A stretch of DNA of 62,879 nucleotides, the filler included, from Octopus bimaculoides (taxonomy: Eukaryota): assembly GCF_001194135.2 (NCBI RefSeq). It is 9 parts of 8 records of this genome, joined end to end, with 100 filler letters (N's around TTAATTAATTAA, not from the genome) between each part and the next. Parts side by side here need not be neighbours in the genome. Positions count along the whole stretch, not along the records: positions 22,240 to 26,438 come from NC_068996.1; positions 26,539 to 34,213 come from NC_068994.1; positions 34,314 to 45,865 come from NW_026433205.1; 6 more parts are not named here. One strand, given 5' to 3'. Of the stretch, positions 24,516-37,769 are shown piece after piece. Each line of letters begins with the position of its first letter. Positions within the stretch are counted from its first letter, which is position 1. The position numbers were made by a program, and so were the translations under genes. Under the pieces are notes generated by a model. The model was given only the letters and a program-made list of their open reading frames with translations, was not told the DNA's origin and searched no databases.

Positions 24516-26079
24516 ATATATATAAGCCAGAGAAACCGGGAGACCAGCCCTGTGCTCCAGACAGAGTAACGTGGACAAACCAAAGTGTGACAGAAAGTCT
24601 CACCGATGTTCAGGAGAGTGTGTGTTTGTAAGGGGTTACCGAAGTTTGGGGTTACAACAGAGTTTAAAGAATAGGACAGGCTTCTGTCAACGCATATATC
24701 TGCAGTGGCGGGCGGTCTGACAAACCAGATTCTATAAATGGGTATATAGTCCAGGAAGGAATATATACAGACGTAACCAAACGTTTGATACATTTAAAAA
24801 AAATTAAAATTGCTATGCCCAAGTACAATTCGATTCAAATATATACAGCGTGGAGATAGACTTACCTAATAACTGATCCAATGGCTCAATATCTAGAAGA
24901 AAGAATATGCAAAATAAAATAATATAGTTTTGGACCAAAATTGCTTACTTTTAATACTTTTAATATAAAAATTTTAATTCTCAGACATATGCTCGAAACT
25001 TTTGGTCACGACTGTATGCCAGGGAAACTAAGAAATCAGTTTAATGTTCTTTATGGTGTAATGTGGAATAGCCTAAATCTAACCAAATGTTTCACAGTAT
25101 CAGAAGTACTAAATTTTTTTCGAGTTTTTTTTTGTAGACTGCCTTGAGTACAAATGACGGAGACATGATTTTATTGTGTCTGGTGACTTCAATGAGCACT
25201 GCCATGGATTTCATGGTGTACATGGAGGATATAGCTTTGACTCTAGAAATGAGAAGGTAGCCAGGCTGCTGGTGTTCTGTGACGTCAAAAAAAAAAAACC
25301 TATCAGTTTGGTAGTCTTAGAAGTCAGGTTTGACTTACTCACTAGAAAATGGAATAGACAGATGCTTGTAAATGTAAAGTCTCTCTCAAACAGAGAAATT
25401 TGCAACCAGTTGTCCGAGGGAACCACTATATGTTCATGACTTCGTTCTCATAGCAGAATCTGTAATAGAATTAGAAAAGAAATTCCAAGTGTAGAAACAA
25501 AACCTGGAATCAAAGGGCCTTAGAATTAACAATGATCAAAGTTCTAGTTTAGCAGGAAAACAGATAAGACTCTACTCTCTTCAGGTAAATGGCTATGTTC
25601 GATAAGCAGGAATTCCATACAGTGTATCCAGTGCAAGCTATGAACATGCAAGAGATACAATAGAATCACAGAAGAGTAATTGAAAAAAGTTGAAAGTTCA
25701 GAGAGTTATTACCTCTGTTGGGGAAAAAAATCCTTTATGATGCTTGTGTACGGACAGCAAAGCTACATGGCTGTGAGACGTAGGTCCTGACGTGGGTCCT
25801 GACGTGGGTCTCTTCTGTATTGTAATTACTGTAGTACTTTCTAAAACTCAGGATGAATGTTCATCTGGGTTTTTAATCGGCAGAGACCTTCTCTTCGTTC
25901 TCAATTATGCTGATGACAAATTTTTTCCGCTTTGTAAGGGTTATTTATCCAGTATTTCTAATGGCAGTAGTTCTAACGGCAATTCTGCATTCGAAAAAAT
26001 ATCATCTAGTTTGTATCGTTCAATACACACACGCGCGCGCGCGCGCACGCACGCACGCACACACACATGTATATACATA

Positions 26080-26438
26080 TGTAAGGGACGACCGTGTGAA
26101 CTCAAAAAGGAGAAATGGTGACAGATGGAAGAAACAGAGGACTCCTTTTATTTAAACGTGTCACACGGTCGAACACAAAAATATATATCAAATATGATAT
26201 ACATGATATGTTATGCGACGATAACATAGATGACCAGTAATGAAAGACCACAACCGTATTAGATGAATAACAGAGATATTTATTGTAGCGTTAAAGATGT
26301 ATGTCTGTGTGTGAGTGTGAAATGCGACATATAAGAACATAATCAAAGACAGGCCGTCGTACAAAGAAAAGTATGTATGTGAGTGATACATGTATGTGTA
26401 TGTGAGTTATTACAGCAGAGAGAAAGAGAGTCAATAAC
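26080..26438 (-). mobile_element. LTR family B, 3' (U5) portion, truncated by a gap
   Basis: Ends ...CCCTTACA on the minus strand and carries the same terminal hairpin as 58382-59507. Confidence 0.65.
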
Positions 26439-26539
26439 NNNNNNNNNNNNNNNNNNNNNNNNNNNNNNNNNNNNNNNNNNNNTTAATTAATTAANNNNNN
26501 NNNNNNNNNNNNNNNNNNNNNNNNNNNNNNNNNNNNNNG

Positions 26540-26712
26540 GTTGTCCCGCAGAAATCTCCAATTGTCTTCCACATTGTATGATGCTATATCCCCTTCTATT
26601 TCGTTAAATGCTTCAAGTAACTTGTCTCTAAGTCTCTGTCCATTTGCAGGGTCTTTAAGCTTCCACACCCTTCTCCTCCAAGCCGGTCTAATTCTGGGCT
26701 CCCATTTTGCCT
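26540..26712 (-). mobile_element. RTE LINE ORF2 linker fragment
   Basis: AKWEPRIRPAWRRRVWKLKDPANGQRLRDKLLEAFNEIEGDIASYNVEDNWRFLRDN. Confidence 0.75.
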
Positions 26713-27375
26713 TTGAGATCTGGGGACTGTCGTGGCCAGATAAGATGTTCCTCATGCCATTCAGTAACAATTTTAGCTGTGTGAATTGGTGCATTATCAT
26801 CCTGAAAGATTGTGTTTCCCTCCAGAAACAGTTCTACAACCATAGGATGAATTTGATCAGATAAAATGCTTAAATAGTCTTCACTATTAATTCTGCCATG
26901 AAGGGAAACCATTGGGCCAGCTGATTTCCAAAATATATCCCCTCAGATCATCACAGATCCTCCTCCATATTAAACTTTTGGAAGAAGGCAGTCTAGGTTA
27001 AATGCTTCTTTTGGCTGTCTCCACATGTATACTCAGCCGGTCGTCGGAAATAAGTAAAGGATGACTCATCCGAGAAAATAACATTCTTCTACTGCTCTAA
27101 GGACCAACTCTGTAGGTTTTTTTACTCCACTCTAAATGCTTTGCAACGTTTGTTTTTGAAAGTAGTGGTTTTCTGTTTGCAGCCTTCCCATGGAATCTGG
27201 CTTTGTGAAGCTCCCGGCAAATAGTTTTTGTGAAAACGAGGTTCTCGAGGTGGTCATTAAACTCTGCACTAATAATAAAAAAAAAACACACAAAAATAAG
27301 CAAGCTTTTGAAGGTTTTATAGATATTTCAAAATTATGATACTAGGTGTTTCTATTATTTTGTCCAACCCCTGTA
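26713..27375 (-). mobile_element. Tc1 transposon, internally deleted, with 5' TIR and TA
   Basis: TIR tacaggggttggacaaaataatagaaacacc (27375-27345); ELHKARFHGKAANRKPLLSKTN...IFQDDNAPIHTAKIVTEW...WPRQSPDL. Confidence 0.92.
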
Positions 27376-28151
27376 TATATACTGCATATACATAATTATA
27401 TAATTATATCATCAAGCAGTATATAACTAGATATAATTAGAAATTGTGTATAACTGGTATGTATGTATATATGTGTGTGTGTGTGTGTATTTTTTCTATG
27501 TGTATAAATAACATGGAAAAAATAAATAAATAGTTACCAGGGTAGCAAAAATTCACATAAGTGCCAAGGATATTACAGAAATTCCAGGGTTAAGTGGAAT
27601 GTTTTTGTATGACATAGATAAATTAAGAAATGGACTCAAACGCAGGTGTTATTCAAATATTTATACTTCCAACATATGTTTTGAAGAAAACATTGATATT
27701 ATTCCGGAGGGAATAAAATGATGTAAAACAATGCAATCATCTTGTCAGGGAAAAAAAGAGAAACAAAACACATCAATAAGCTATTTTAACCGAATGTGAT
27801 TACCGCGTGTATGATGAAGAGGAATGCTGGCAAGTTATTTTTTTATAAAACCGTTAATAGATTTAACATCAAAGGCAATTTAGAGAAAGAGAAGGAGAAA
27901 GAAAAAAATTAACAGAACATTAAGAGTGGAGAAATATAGTGTGATAGATGAATGGGAATAAAGCTTAAAATGTGGAAATAGATATATGGTGGAAGAAGAC
28001 AGTTAAAGGTCGAATTTTATAGATTGGTAGAAATTACTTATAGGAACTAAAGGTATGTTTTTGCCAATGTTTACAATGATAAGTACATTCTTTAAATGTG
28101 TTTAGGAAAGAATTCTCCAAGAACAAGATGAGAAATTGTTCTTCATTTTTG

Positions 28152-28239
28152 TGTGTGCTCTTGCTCCACTCATGCCACTTACTCCATTCTGGAGTAAGTG
28201 GAGTGAGTGGAGCAAGAGCACACATTCTGGAGTAAGTGG
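28152..28239. repeat. Near-perfect 73-nt palindrome plus 17-nt direct duplication at an RTE 5' junction
   Basis: Arms 28152-28186 and 28190-28224 around loop TTC. cattctggagtaagtgg is repeated at 28185-28201 and 28223-28239. Confidence 0.9.
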
Positions 28240-28247
28240 CAGATGCT

Positions 28248-29840
28248 CAGGTGGTCAGTGAGGAAACTAGGGATAGATGAATGATTAGTGAGAGCTGTGC
28301 AAGCCATGTACAGCGACACTGTCAGTAAGGTGAGGGTTGGCAACAAGTACAGTGAAGAATTCTGGGTAGAGGTAGGGGTCCACCAAGGTTCAGTCCTCAG
28401 TCCCCTCCTATTTATCATAGTCCTCCAGGCAATAACAGAGGAATTCAAGACAGGATGCCCCTGGGAGCTCCTCTATGGTGACGACCTTGCTCTAATTACT
28501 GAGTCACTATCAGAACAAGAGGAGAAGTTTCAGATGTGAAAGTAAGGATTAGAAGGGCCTTAGAGTCAACCTATCTTAAACCAAAGTCCTAATAAGTAAG
28601 AAGGCAGACAAACATAAAAGGTGCAGCAATATCAAAGGGAGGCTAACTGGGAAGATAGCTTTTGTATATGGCAAATACTCAGGTGCTATAAACACTGAAA
28701 ATGTGCAGAGAACAGCTTCTGTCACATTCCAGGGAGAAAAACTAGAAGTAGTTGATAGCTACCATTACCTAGGTAACCAAGTCAGTAGCGGGGGAATATG
28801 CGCTGAAAGCGTAGCTGCTAGAATAAGAATAGCCTGGGCAAAGTTCTGAGAGCTCTTACCTCTGCTGGTGACAAAGGGCCTCTCGCTCAGAGTAAAAGGT
28901 AGACTGTATGACACATGTGTATGAACAGCCATGCTACATGGCAGTGAAACATGGGCCGTGACTGCTGAAGACATGAGTAAGCTCGCAAAGAATGAAGCCT
29001 GTATGCTCCAATGGATGTGTAATGTCAGTGTGCATACTCGACAGAGTGTGGGTACCTTGAGATAAAAGTTGGACCTAAGAAGCATCAGATATGGTGTGCA
29101 AGACAGATGACTGCACTGGTATGGTCATGTGGCAATAATGGATGAGGATAGCTGTGTGAAAAGTGCCACACCCTAGCGGTTAAGGGAACCTGTGGAAGAG
29201 GTAGACACAGGAAAACCTAGGATGAGGTAGTGAAGCATGACCTTCGAACATTAGGCCTCACCAAGGCAATGACTAATGACTGAGGCCTTTGGAAATATGC
29301 AGTGCATGAGAAGACCGGCAAGCCAAGTGAGACCATGACCTGTGGCCTATGCCAGAGGTGTAACCAGCCCACTTATGCATACCTTTCCTTCATTGGACTC
29401 TAAACTCTGCTTGCAAAGACCTGTTGAGGCAAGTGAAATTGAAATCAAATCAAATTCATAAATTCGATGACTGGCACCCGTGCCAGTGGAGCACTAAGAG
29501 CACCATCCAAGTATGATCGCTGCCAGAGCAGCTGACAGACTTCCGTGCCTGTGGCACATAAAAAGCACCATTTGAGCATGGTTGTTACCAGCGTCGCCTT
29601 ACTGGCACTTGTGTCGGTGGCACATGAAAAATCATTCGAGCGAGGTTGTTTCTAGTACTGCCCGACTGGCCCTCTTGGAGTGGTTGGCGTTAGGAAGGGC
29701 ATCCAGCTGTAGAAACTCTGCCAAATCAGATTGGAGCCTGGTGCAGCCATCTGGTTCGCCAGTCCTCAGTCAAATCGTCCAACCTATGCTAGCATGGGAA
29801 ACGGACTTTAGACAATGATGATGATGAAGATGATGATGAT
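28248..29840 (+). mobile_element. 5'-truncated RTE LINE (RT, C-terminus, 3' UTR, (GAT)n tail)
   Basis: VRAVQAMYSD...VGVHQGSVLSPLLF...ELLYGDDLAL...YLGNQV...KGRLYDTCV..AMLHGSETWA...LHWYGHV; tail gatgatgatg at 29815-29840. Confidence 0.95.
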
Positions 29841-30139
29841 AATATGTGTGTGTGTGTGTGTATATGCTGAATATACATAATTATATCATCAAGCACTATA
29901 TAACTAGATATAACTAGTAAATGTGTATAACTGGTAAGAATCTTGCTATTGGTTTGGCACTAACTACTGCACTTGGCAATATGGAAAGTAACATTGTGAC
30001 TAGTTATATGCTATAATCTACAAGATGTGTGTGTGTGTGTCTATTACTGATTATTGGATTGGAAGATTCTAATGAAACAATGAGCAAAGGTTACAAACTC
30101 TCTAAATTGGCCACTAAAGGATAATGAAGATTCCTATCT

Positions 30140-30310
30140 CCAGCAAACATTGCTTGAGATTGAAAGTGATCTCAAAAACACTCCCATGAAAAGGAGTGGG
30201 CAGAGAAAGAAGCCAGCATTCTAAATTATGTAAAGGTAAACCTGAAAGCTTTCTATAGATTTGCAAAAGAGTATGCTTCAGTGTGGTACAATATAGGGTC
30301 ACTGTTCAAA
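30140..30310 (+). mobile_element. CR1/L2-like LINE ORF2 fragment
   Basis: HEKEWAEKEASILNYVKVNLKAFYRFAKEYASVWYNIGSL matches the NPKxFYxYAK linker pattern. Confidence 0.6.
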
Positions 30311-31419
30311 GTTGTACAATCAGCCGAGGAACCTTACAATTGTTAAACTTCTACAGAAAGACCTAGATGCTATTTAAAAATGGGTTGAAGAAAACAACAT
30401 GCAATTTAATTCCAAGCCCTTTGCTATCAGCCAGCTAAAGCAAACAAGCTGCAGCAAAGACACTCTGGGTGAAAACAACCAGCAATACCAGAGACAAGTA
30501 CAGTGCATGATCTGAGGATTGATATGAACATCAACACCTCATTTCACGTACACATCATCATCATGGTGGCAATGTGCAGGCAAATGGCCAGATAGATTCT
30601 GAGAACTTTCAGAACAAGAGACCAGGAAACTATGCTGGTTTTACAGAGGACAAATTCCTCAGCCATCTAGACTACTGCTCTCAACTGAGGTCACTTAACA
30701 GTGCATTGAAAAGAAGTAGTATTTACGCTGTGGGATGTGAGATATTTCTGCACTTTTACATACTGTCTTATATGTATTGCTGAATGTGTGGTACTTTGGA
30801 ATCTTCCATTGAATCATTGCAAATGACCACAGAAGATATTTGAGTTGATCTATAAAATGAAACATCAAATTATGCAAATATTTTTATCAAAGAGGTTGTT
30901 GAAGTCAAAAGTAAACAAAAGTTGACCCTACCTACACCATAGCAGTTTGTTATACATGGTTGTTATGAAATGTGCCATATAATTTTAATATTGAAACAAA
31001 TACCAGCTTGTATAATACTTTCTATCTCTCAAGTTTAAACAAGATCCAATTCAAGTGTTGCAGCAGTTACCTTCCTTCCTGGTAGGTATATATGCAGAAT
31101 TAAAACAATGGATGTATGAGTTTGCTTTAAAGTTGAGTTAGAAATCTCAGCTGAGCACCCTTCTTGTCCTTAAAATTTCAATTAACACATTTCCAGTAAG
31201 CATTTATCCTAATTCTTACCTGGTTGTATCTTATTTTCATGACAGTTATATCTGTTCTTAGTTTCATTAACTTTGTAATGCATTGGACTTCATCCCATCA
31301 ACATACACCAAACAATTGTCAAAGATAACAACATTATTTGTGAACCATCTATTACATTCATGAGTCATTTCAAGTGTCCGATTAATAATCATCACCATCA
31401 CTTTTAGTATCACTGTTCG

Positions 31420-32870
31420 ATCCTACTCTGTCAAGGAAATCGCTTTCACTAAGTTCACTGTCCCTGTCAGGGTCAGAATCTGATGCGCAAGTTTCATCTT
31501 CAAGCTCTTCTTCCAGAATATCCATGGAGCACCACTTCACCCTCTGTCCACTTTGGCTTCATGATTCCAGCTTCTGTTGTCCATCCATGTCCTTAGGTGC
31601 TGATGGCTTTGCAATGTTCGCAAGCTTCCATATCCTGGTCTTGGAGTTGCTTCGCCAAATGTGTTGCTTGAAGTTGTTTCTATATGGGAGAAGTGAAGTG
31701 AGATTCAATTGCTTAGATTTTGTGAAATCCTCTTTCCCACTGCCATTTGCTTGCAAGGTTATGAACCACAATATATTCACCATTTTTGTCCTTTTGTTAC
31801 CATACAGTTTGTTCATCAGCTCCTTGTCAACTTCCCAAGACTCCCCTAACTTGGAGAATGCTTTCTGGAATGATTTGTCTGTTTCAACAACTTTCAGTCC
31901 TTTCACATTCCCCTTCCCTTGAAGGCACTGGTACTATTGCACCCAGTGAAGGCATGACAACCAGTAATGCAAAACAGAGAACAGGTGTGGAAGACATACA
32001 TCATTACAGCATCGTGTGTTGCCCTTTCCAGTTTCTGGAATCTGAAGTCCTTCTAGGAATCTAGCATGGTGAAGTAAGATGAGAAACATGTCTGAATCAG
32101 GACTCCTCATGCAAACAGATTTGCATCCCTGTTCTTTGGCATATATGCAAGTGTCAGTTTCTTCCTATGAAAATTCGAGTGTACTTCTTGAGTGAATGTG
32201 TTATGTCCATGTCAACCGGTAAGCTTTTCCTTCACATATCAGTACCATCTCATGTCCAGTGAGAATATCAGCAGACACCTCTCTCCTCCAAGTTGAGAAC
32301 AGGAGCTGAATGAACTGTGTCTTGTTCTCATCATTTGCAAGAAAGACTTTCCAGTCTTTCGGACACTTTGTTATCTCACCACTCAGGATGATTTTGTCTC
32401 CAGCACCTCGTCTGTTTCATTCCACCCCTTTTACAGAGTCTTCCTTGTACATGTCAGTGCCAAATATGACAGGTGACAGGTGAAGAGCAGATCCCAACAC
32501 CTTACGAGATATTTCCCCGAATGTTTGTGGAATTTCATGCAAGCAATGGAACACTTGCACTTCCATCCTCTATGATGAGGCTCATACTAGTGGAAACACT
32601 TTCATACACATGCCCAGGTCAAATTTAATGATGACAAAATGCTGTTCAACTTCTCATGAAACTTCTTCTGAGTAATTTAGGAATGACTCTGATGTTTGTG
32701 TTTGAGTGAAGTATGATCAGATAATACTCAATGGTTGTCACTTGTACAGGAGCGTCTCCAGTCAGTGAAACATCTTCCCCAGCTAGGAGGGTGTAGTCAA
32801 AAAGTCCATGGGGGTATCTTCCATCCCATTTTTTTTTTCTGGCAACATCAATTTTCTGACTTGTTAGGAC
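31420..32870 (-). mobile_element. Academ (AcademX-type) DNA transposon remnant, XPG/PIN-like nuclease region
   Basis: RRGAGDKIILSGEITKCPKDWKVFLANDENKTQ; EETDT; RSPDSDMFLILL; HAFTGCNSTSAFKGRG; LLPYRNNFKQHIWRSN...IWK; acidic tail DSDPDRDSELSESD. Confidence 0.75.
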
Positions 32871-32980
32871 CCAGGACTACATGAAAATATCCCTAAAAGT
32901 AAATCACAAGGGGGGGTGCACCATGACCCCACTAGCCCATTGCCTATATGTATTCATATTCATATCTGTCTATCTCTCTA

Positions 32981-33075
<95 letters not shown>

Positions 33076-33524
33076 CAAACACATGCACAAGCATATATGT
33101 ATGTCAGACTGCATTGAACAAAAATCCAGTTTATTCTTTATTCTATATTCCTAGTCACATTCACATACATACATATGTCTCATTTGTGCATGTATGTGTT
33201 GTGTGTGTATGTGTGTGTGTGTTGAGTGTGTGTGTGTTTTGTGTGCGTTATTTTGCATATGTGCATGCATGTATATTCATATATGTGAGTTTGGAGTTCT
33301 AGTTCTGCCATCATCTCTAACTCCATCTTGTGACATTTTATGTCTTTCCACTTGGTAGAATTAGATTTGAGAAATTCGAAAATGCATTCGGGTGTAATCG
33401 GAATCACCCGAGACAGTGGCGAATATAATCAATTCTTGTCTAAGAGAGATTCCATTGAGACTCACTGTAGTCTAGCACTGATGATACTGTAATGAAATGA
33501 CTTACCTCTTTATTCCAGATACTG

Positions 33525-33569
<45 letters not shown>

Positions 33570-33595
33570 ATGTGTGTGTGCATGTGTGCATGCGT

Positions 33596-33629
<34 letters not shown>

Positions 33630-33849
33630 ATTTGTGGGAGATTAGGAGATTTCTTTTAAAAACTTCCAGCAAGGCATGAAATAATAGTGCAAGAGCATTT
33701 AAGATGTTATGCCAACAAGAACAATATCATTAACAATAAGAGTAACAGCAACTACTCGTTATCAAGATGTTTTAGGCAATTTCACACTAACATGGGCATA
33801 CACACACATATATATATATATATATATACATGTGCATTTGTATGCTTGT

Positions 33850-33905
33850 ATATCATCACCATCATCGTTTAACATCCGCTTTCCATGCTGGCATGGGTTG
33901 GACAA
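33850..33905 (-). mobile_element. RTE 3' terminus fragment
   Basis: catcatcaccatcatcgtttaacatccgctttccatgctggcatgggttggac is the reverse complement of the 29775-29830 tail. Confidence 0.75.
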
Positions 33906-34168
33906 TTTGCACACACACATACATGCATACTCACACATGCATACATACATACATGCATGTGTAGACAGACACACACATGTGCACAAACAAACAAAAAGGA
34001 ACACAGTGTGAATAACAGACAGAGCCAAAACTATTGAAAAGGTTGCAAGACGCAACAACAATTTTAGAAAAATAAAAAAGAAATAAGTGGAAATTTTAGC
34101 AGTGAGTGTGTTAAATTATAAGGCACTAAAAGAGAATGACCCTCCCCAGACACAACAGTGTATGTATG

Positions 34169-34213
<45 letters not shown>

Positions 34214-34754
34214 NNNNNNNNNNNNNNNNNNNNNNNNNNNNNNNNNNNNNNNNNNNNTTAATTAATTAANNNNNNNNNNNNNNNNNNNNNNNNNNNNNNN
34301 NNNNNNNNNNNNNCATACACATACATATATCCAGGTAGAGGCACTACATAGATCCACTAAAATTCATTGCACATTCCTCTAAATGCCTCTAAACATTTTT
34401 AAAGAAAAAGGAACTTAGCTCCTAGGAGAAGTTTGCTAACCACAAACCCTGACCTCAACCATAAACTATACAATGAGAACAAAAACGATAAAATGACAGC
34501 AAATGACAACAGCAACAAACATGTGAAATTATTCAAGTCGTGACAACACATTAAAAGTCGGAAACTCTCGTAGAATCCATTCTGCAACTGGACATTTTCT
34601 TTAGATTTCTTCACTTTTCGGAAACTGCTTGCAGGAACCAACGAAACGTGAAATTTTTATAGAAAAAAAAAAACAAAAAAACTCTCACTGGAACTAATAC
34701 TGCATTTATGTATGTAGCATGTTAGTATATATATATATGTGTGTGTGTGTGTTT

Positions 34755-34805
<51 letters not shown>

Positions 34806-35178
34806 TGTTATATATATATATTTATATATGTTTTATATATATATGTTATACATATGTGTGTGTGTGCATTTAAACGTATTCAAAACTTGACTACGATCTA
34901 ATCTTATTTTGTTTCTTTAAAGTTTTAGTATGAGTTTCCATCCAATTTGTATAGAAGAGCAAAGTTCCTAAATCTATCATCAACGTTTCTAAACTTTCGT
35001 ACTCGCATCTTCAAGATGAAGCTTTCTTGGCGTGTATTTATGCCGTTATATAAAAGATAGAGCCAATGGGTTTGAAGTAGACACTAACGCCATTAGAGAA
35101 TGTTGTATATCTTTCATCTTTACTTATTCCAGTGGCTGGACTGCGGCCATGTTAGGACACTGCCTTGACAGACAGACA

Positions 35179-35218
<40 letters not shown>

Positions 35219-36024
35219 NNNNNNNNNNNNNNNNNNNNNNNNNNNNNNNNNNNNNNNNNNNNNNNNNNNNNNNNNNNNNNNNNNNNNNNNNNNNNNNNNN
35301 NNNNNNNNNNNNNNNNNNNNNNNNNNNNNNNNNNNNNNNNNNNNNNNNNNNNNNNNNNNNNNNNNNNNNNNNNNNNNNNNNNNNNNNNNNNNNNNNNNNN
35401 NNNNNNNNNNNNNNNNNNNNNNNNNNNNNNNNNNNNNNNNNNNNNNNNNNNNNNNNNNNNNNNNNNNNNNNNNNNNNNNNNNNNNNNNNNNNNNNNNNNN
35501 NNNNNNNNNNNNNNNNNNNNNNNNNNNNNNNNNNNNNNNNNNNNNNNNNNNNNNNNNNNNNNNNNNNNNNNNNNNNNNNNNNNNNNNNNNNNNNNNNNNN
35601 NNNNNNNNNNNNNNNNNNNNNNNNNNNNNNNNNNNNNNNNNNNNNNNNNNNNNNNNNNNNNNNNNNNNNNNNNNNNNNNNNNNNNNNNNNNNNNNNNNNN
35701 NNNNNNNNNNNNNNNNNNNNNNNNNNNNNNNNNNNNNNNNNNNNNNNNNNNNNNNNNNNNNNNNNNNNNNNNNNNNNNNNNNNNNNNNNNNNNNNNNNNN
35801 NNNNNNNNNNNNNNNNNNNNNNNNNNNNNNNNNNNNNNNNNNNNNNNNNNNNNNNNNNNGCGATGTACAGAAATTATATTATAGAAAAAAATTAAGGTAC
35901 TCAGAAATCTGGATGTTTGTACATTTACAGATTTTTATTAATGTCACATGTTTTATAAATTAAATAAAGCGGTTTTCACCTAATCGTGTAGGATTTTCAA
36001 ATTGTTATATATATATACGGTCCT

Positions 36025-36360
36025 CTTAAGTACGAAAGAGTCTGGCTATGGAAAATGAAGAAGGTGAAGATAGTGCCAATTATTGTTGGTTCCTTGGTTA
36101 CGGTATCAGTGGAATATAAAGTGGAATATAAAGTAAAGCGTGGCCAGTACAGCTTTTACAAAATGTTTGCCTCCTTGGCACTGTCACAATAATTAAGAAA
36201 GTATTAGTTTAAAAGAACAGATACCGTGACATCGTAGGCTGGAGGTTGAAAACCGGCTACGCATGCAAGACTCCAGGAGTTCCAACAAAACCCGAGTTTA
36301 AAAGAACAACAACATGAAAAACAACCACAACAACAACAACAGCAATAATAATAATAATAA
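36025..36360 (+). mobile_element. R4/Dong-like RLE LINE 3' end terminating in (TAA)n
   Basis: LWKMKKVKIVPIIVGSLVTVS...QLLQNVCLLGTVTIIKKVL*, typical of the R4-clade RLE C-terminus. Confidence 0.65.
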
Positions 36361-36375
36361 TTATTATTATTATTA

Positions 36376-36491
<116 letters not shown>

Positions 36492-36611
36492 TAGTTTTAT
36501 TTTTATAACGTGCTTTCACTTCACTACCGAGCGCAGCTCTGTGTGCCTTGGGTATGTACTGTGGTTTATTGTGATGCTCTTATGGTTACTGTATTGAACG
36601 TTAAACGTGGA

Positions 36612-36677
<66 letters not shown>

Positions 36678-36688
36678 CATTATCATCA

Positions 36689-36753
<65 letters not shown>

Positions 36754-37016
36754 ATGATAATGTTGGTGACGCTGCTGCCGATGATGATGGATTCTTTAAT
36801 TGGTAACAAATATCCAAGTCACAGGGAATATTAGGAGGTGAAATACAAAGGGAAAAGAAAAAAGAAAAAAAAAAGACGAAAATAAAACGAAAACAGGAAA
36901 AAAAAACTAAAACAGGAAACATTGAAGGGTTTACATCGAGTAATTGGGTAAGATCAACAAAACAATAAAGAGCCCTTAACACCAATAACGAATACAAAAT
37001 AATAATAATAATAATG

Positions 37017-37089
<73 letters not shown>

Positions 37090-37769
37090 TAATTGTTTCT
37101 GATTCAGAAACAAGGCCAGCAATTTTGCTAGGAGGAAGTTCGTCGATACTATCAACACCATCTACGCGTCGATAAACTTATTGAGACAGCTCAATATATG
37201 TTGTACATAGCTTTTAGCTAAATATGATTTACGTTCGAAGATGTCGCCCTTTTTCTCTCTCTTCTCTTTTCTCATTTTCTTTCTTTCTCCCTCTCTCTCT
37301 TTCTCTCTGTCTCTCTCTCTGTGTTTTTCGCTGCCTCGCAGTCCCCCTTTATGAATGTCCATTTTTCTACATCAGCTCCCATCTATCTCTCCTCCATTGA
37401 TCATTTTTCTCCCTCTCCCATTCTTTTACATGAACCCTCACATCTCTAACAAAAAGGGGTTAGCTCCCCTTTCATGCGACACAGAAATCGATGCAAATAA
37501 TAATGATGGCGGGATGTAGGCGGGAAACAGGCGGAGTATAAGTGGCGGTGGCAGAGTATGAGGTGGTGGTGGTGATGGTGGATATTAAGGATACCAGAGC
37601 AAGCAGTAAAAGCTGTGAAATTTGATTGATGTCATATAACTAAAGATCAATTGCAAATCAATAATTCATGTGTCGGTGATAATGTTAAGGTTAGTTCGGC
37701 GTTAAATAATGAATTCACCGAGCAAAATCACTATCATAAAGGGGGTTTCATTAAGAAAATTACCCCGAC

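Noticed and set aside
27600-28130. Possible ancient PLE RT traces (also 48100-48400)
   Set aside because: Only 3-5 residue resemblances; not supportable without a profile search.
33470-33505. CTGATGA...GAAA hammerhead-like string
   Set aside because: No credible stem II, and no UH followed by a stem I partner.
33300-33510. Protein-like minus ORF (IPITPECIFEFLKSNSTKWK) and donor at 33505
   Set aside because: Every candidate acceptor leads to an in-frame stop and no donor closes the ORF.
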